Source: Patescibacteria group bacterium
GTDB taxonomy: Bacteria; Patescibacteriota; Minisyncoccia; Phycocordibacterales; Phycocordibacteraceae
DNA length: 64,000 nt
Assembly: GCA_038064595.1 (NCBI GenBank)
Contig: JBBTSV010000009.1
Span: 8,769 to 72,768, forward strand
Reading direction: 5' to 3'
Made by a program: the position numbers and the translations under genes. This document shows positions 63,001 through 64,000 of the stretch, piece by piece. Each line of letters opens with the position of its first letter. The stretch's first letter is position 1. The notes beneath the pieces were generated by a model, which saw nothing but the letters and a program-made list of their open reading frames with translations, was not told the origin of the DNA and did not search any database.

Positions 63001-64000
63001 GGTCGTCGTTGAGGGTGAGACCGAACGAGAGCCGGCAGCGACTGGCGTCACCGAACCAACGGCGTGATCAATGACAAATGAGGTGGCGTTGGTGGTAGTC
63101 CACTCAAGTGAAGATGCCGAACCGGTTTGAATGATGGAGGGAGATGCGGTGAGGGTGCAGGTGGGTGCGGGAGGGGGTGTCACCGTGATCGTTCTGCTGC
63201 AGGTATCTGAACCGCCTGCGCCCGTCACGGTGCCGGTGTACGTGGTCGTCACGCTCGGTGAGACCGAGCGAGAACCACCAATAACGGGTGTCACGGAGCC
63301 AATCCCCTGATTGAGGGAGATGGATGTCGCATTTGCCGTGTCCCAGGAGAGGGTGGTTGAGGATCCGGCTTCAATGGAGAGCGCTGAGGCGTTCAGCACA
63401 CAGGTGGGTGCGGGAGCGGGCGGAGGCGGGGCCGTCACGGTGATCGTTGCGACGCAAGAATTTGAACCGAAAGCGCCGACCGCGGTACCCGTGTAGGTGG
63501 TCGTAACGGTGGGCGAAACCGTTTGTGAACCGGATCCCGTGAGAAAGAGACCGACTATTTTATCGATAAAGAAGAGGGTGGAGTTGGTCGTCGTCCACGA
63601 GAGCACAGCGCTCGATCCCTCCTCTATGGTCGTAGGAGATGCGGTAAACGTACAGGACGGATCCGGAGAAGGAAACGCGCACCCGCCAAGGTAGGTAACG
63701 TCCCAGGTGCAGCTGTTGCGCGTCCATGACGCCATACCAACGGTAGCGCCAGCAGGGATACCGTACTGACCAGCCCAGTCGGCGCAGGCGACTGGATCTT
63801 GTGGAATCTCGTTTGGTACGCACGCCGGAGGTGGCTCGGTGCAGCCGCCCGTGTACGTTACGTCCCAGGTGCAGCTATTGCGCGTCCAAGAAGCCATGCC
63901 GACCGTGGCGTTCGCTGGGATACCGTACTGACCAGCCCAGTCGGAACACGCAACTGGCTCTTGTGTGATTTCAGTTGGTACGCACGCCGGAGGTGGCTCG
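60001..64000 (-). CDS. Very large repetitive cell-surface protein (5' end beyond the window)
   Basis: Frame stays open to the window edge; Cys-rich 54-aa repeats, about eleven ~80-aa Ig/PKD-like repeats (PTCTLTASP...LxW...TTYTGT..C), IPQTG + TM + C-terminal domain. Confidence 0.9.
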   Translation of the reverse strand, partial: EPPPACVPTEITQEPVACSDWAGQYGIPANATVGMASWTRNSCTWDVTYTGGCTEPPPACVPNEIPQDPVACADWAGQYGIPAGATVGMASWTRNSCTWDVTYLGGCAFPSPDPSCTFTASPTTIEEGSSAVLSWTTTNSTLFFIDKIVGLFLTGSGSQTVSPTVTTTYTGTAVGAFGSNSCVATITVTAPPPPAPAPTCVLNASALSIEAGSSTTLSWDTANATSISLNQGIGSVTPVIGGSRSVSPSVTTTYTGTVTGAGGSDTCSRTITVTPPPAPTCTLTASPSIIQTGSASSLEWTTTNATSFVIDHAVGSVTPVAAGSRSVSPSTTTIYSGTATGPGGSTPCTATVTVTAVPVPSCTLTASPASILNGAASSLAWTTTNATSISLSQGIGSVTPVVGGSRSVSPSVTTTYTGTVTGANGLTNTCADTVAVTDHPAPTCTLTASPKTIVEGTASSLAWTTTNTTSFTIDRGVGSVTPLAGGSRSVTPTATTIYSGTATGPGGTVTCADTVTVTPLPPPPPPTCVLTASALSIEAGSSTTLSWDTANATSISLNQGIGSVTPVIGGSRSVSPSVTTTYTGTVTGAGGSDTCSRTITVTPPPAPTCTLTASPSIIQTGSASSLEWTTTNATSFVIDHAVGSVTPVAAGSRSVSPSTTTIYSGTATGPGGSTPCTATVTVTAVPVPSCTLTASPASILNGAASSLAWTTTNATSISLSQGIGSVTPVVGGSRSVSPSVTTTYTGTVTGANGLTNTCADTVAVTDHPAPTCTLTASPKTIVEGTASSLAWTTTNTTSFTIDRGVGSVTPLAGGSRSVTPTATTIYSGTATGPGGTVTCADTVTVSVTPPAPTCTLTATPAAIQQGATSTLSWNTSNATAFSINQGIGAVTSIVSGATSTTPTTTTTYTGTVTGASGASAVCSATVTVTTTPPAPTCTMSLSPTRYTTGGSATLSWGGTNVQSVTIDNGIGATTTIPSSTRVSPTNAQTYTYVGTFTGTNGQTVTCSTALIVDSSGGGGGCSGNCGQPPPSGGGGGSAPPPTVSLAVFPQAQSLAYLYLAQIPQTGLSLGPLGTTLYWLALIMWALAVAYLILFRAVPFTNRQFRMFGARIHTVLNSSESAPTVALAASASPAPTPQPQHTPPPASDAPRTYSTYDGFKSFAEGGSLSIDDIVKGLSRRHASAAAAKEHQNVEPIYENVEPIYENVEPVVAETPAVALVPESAAPASVRGFVAALIEGDRTAVFAGLRQEVRGGGAAEELLSATACLLDDAYRARVDGTPCAPDIARLTARLDTPTLEKLISSLSNAIDSSYSTGVTGAKLALARALAVLGA
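61466..63387. repeat. Tandem duplication, period 984 bp (61466-62403 vs 62450-63387)
   Basis: Copies appear identical; off-frame ORFs 61526/62510 and 61721/62705 translate identically. Confidence 0.92.
63681..64000. repeat. 162-bp (54-aa) Cys-rich tandem repeat
   Basis: tggtacgcacgccggaggtggctcg at 63814 and 63976. Confidence 0.88.

Noticed and set aside
1-64000. Many antisense and off-frame ORFs over housekeeping genes; tRNA/rRNA genes; alternative genetic code
   Set aside because: Shadow ORFs are expected at this GC content; no cloverleaf or rRNA-like segment was seen; long genes are intact under code 11 with TGA used as a stop.

Overview
Bacterial chromosomal segment whose gene content and compact proteins (AlaRS without C-Ala, ThrS without N-terminal editing domain, short SMC, stand-alone PaaX/Cas2-like gene, baseplate-J-like + FtsA-like pair) suggest a CPR/Patescibacteria genome, probably Parcubacteria (inference, no database search). 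It is mostly housekeeping: ahpC, miaA, alaS, ung, asnB, murE, mnmA, mltG, prmC, hisS, rpoB-rpoC-dnaG-rpoD, trmD-khpA-rpsP, rnr, smc, rnc, nusB, rpmF, rnhB, dnaE, thrS, plus two large secreted/surface proteins. Unexplained structure on top of that: (1) at least six families of short (17-60 bp) palindromic repeats, many inside or at the ends of housekeeping genes where they are translated, one family flanking a REP-associated HUH/Y1 tyrosine transposase (RAYT) and one copy sitting at a frameshift in dnaE; (2) the RAYT island is bounded by a duplicated smc 3' end; (3) a PaaX/Cas2-like gene is bracketed by two 44-bp palindromic direct repeats; (4) a candidate ~290-nt structured ncRNA with its own promoter, possible pseudoknot and terminator; (5) housekeeping genes look leaderless, while about nine small orphan ORFs form promoter-SD-ORF-hairpin cassettes, all on the minus strand. 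No rRNA, tRNA or CRISPR array was seen.
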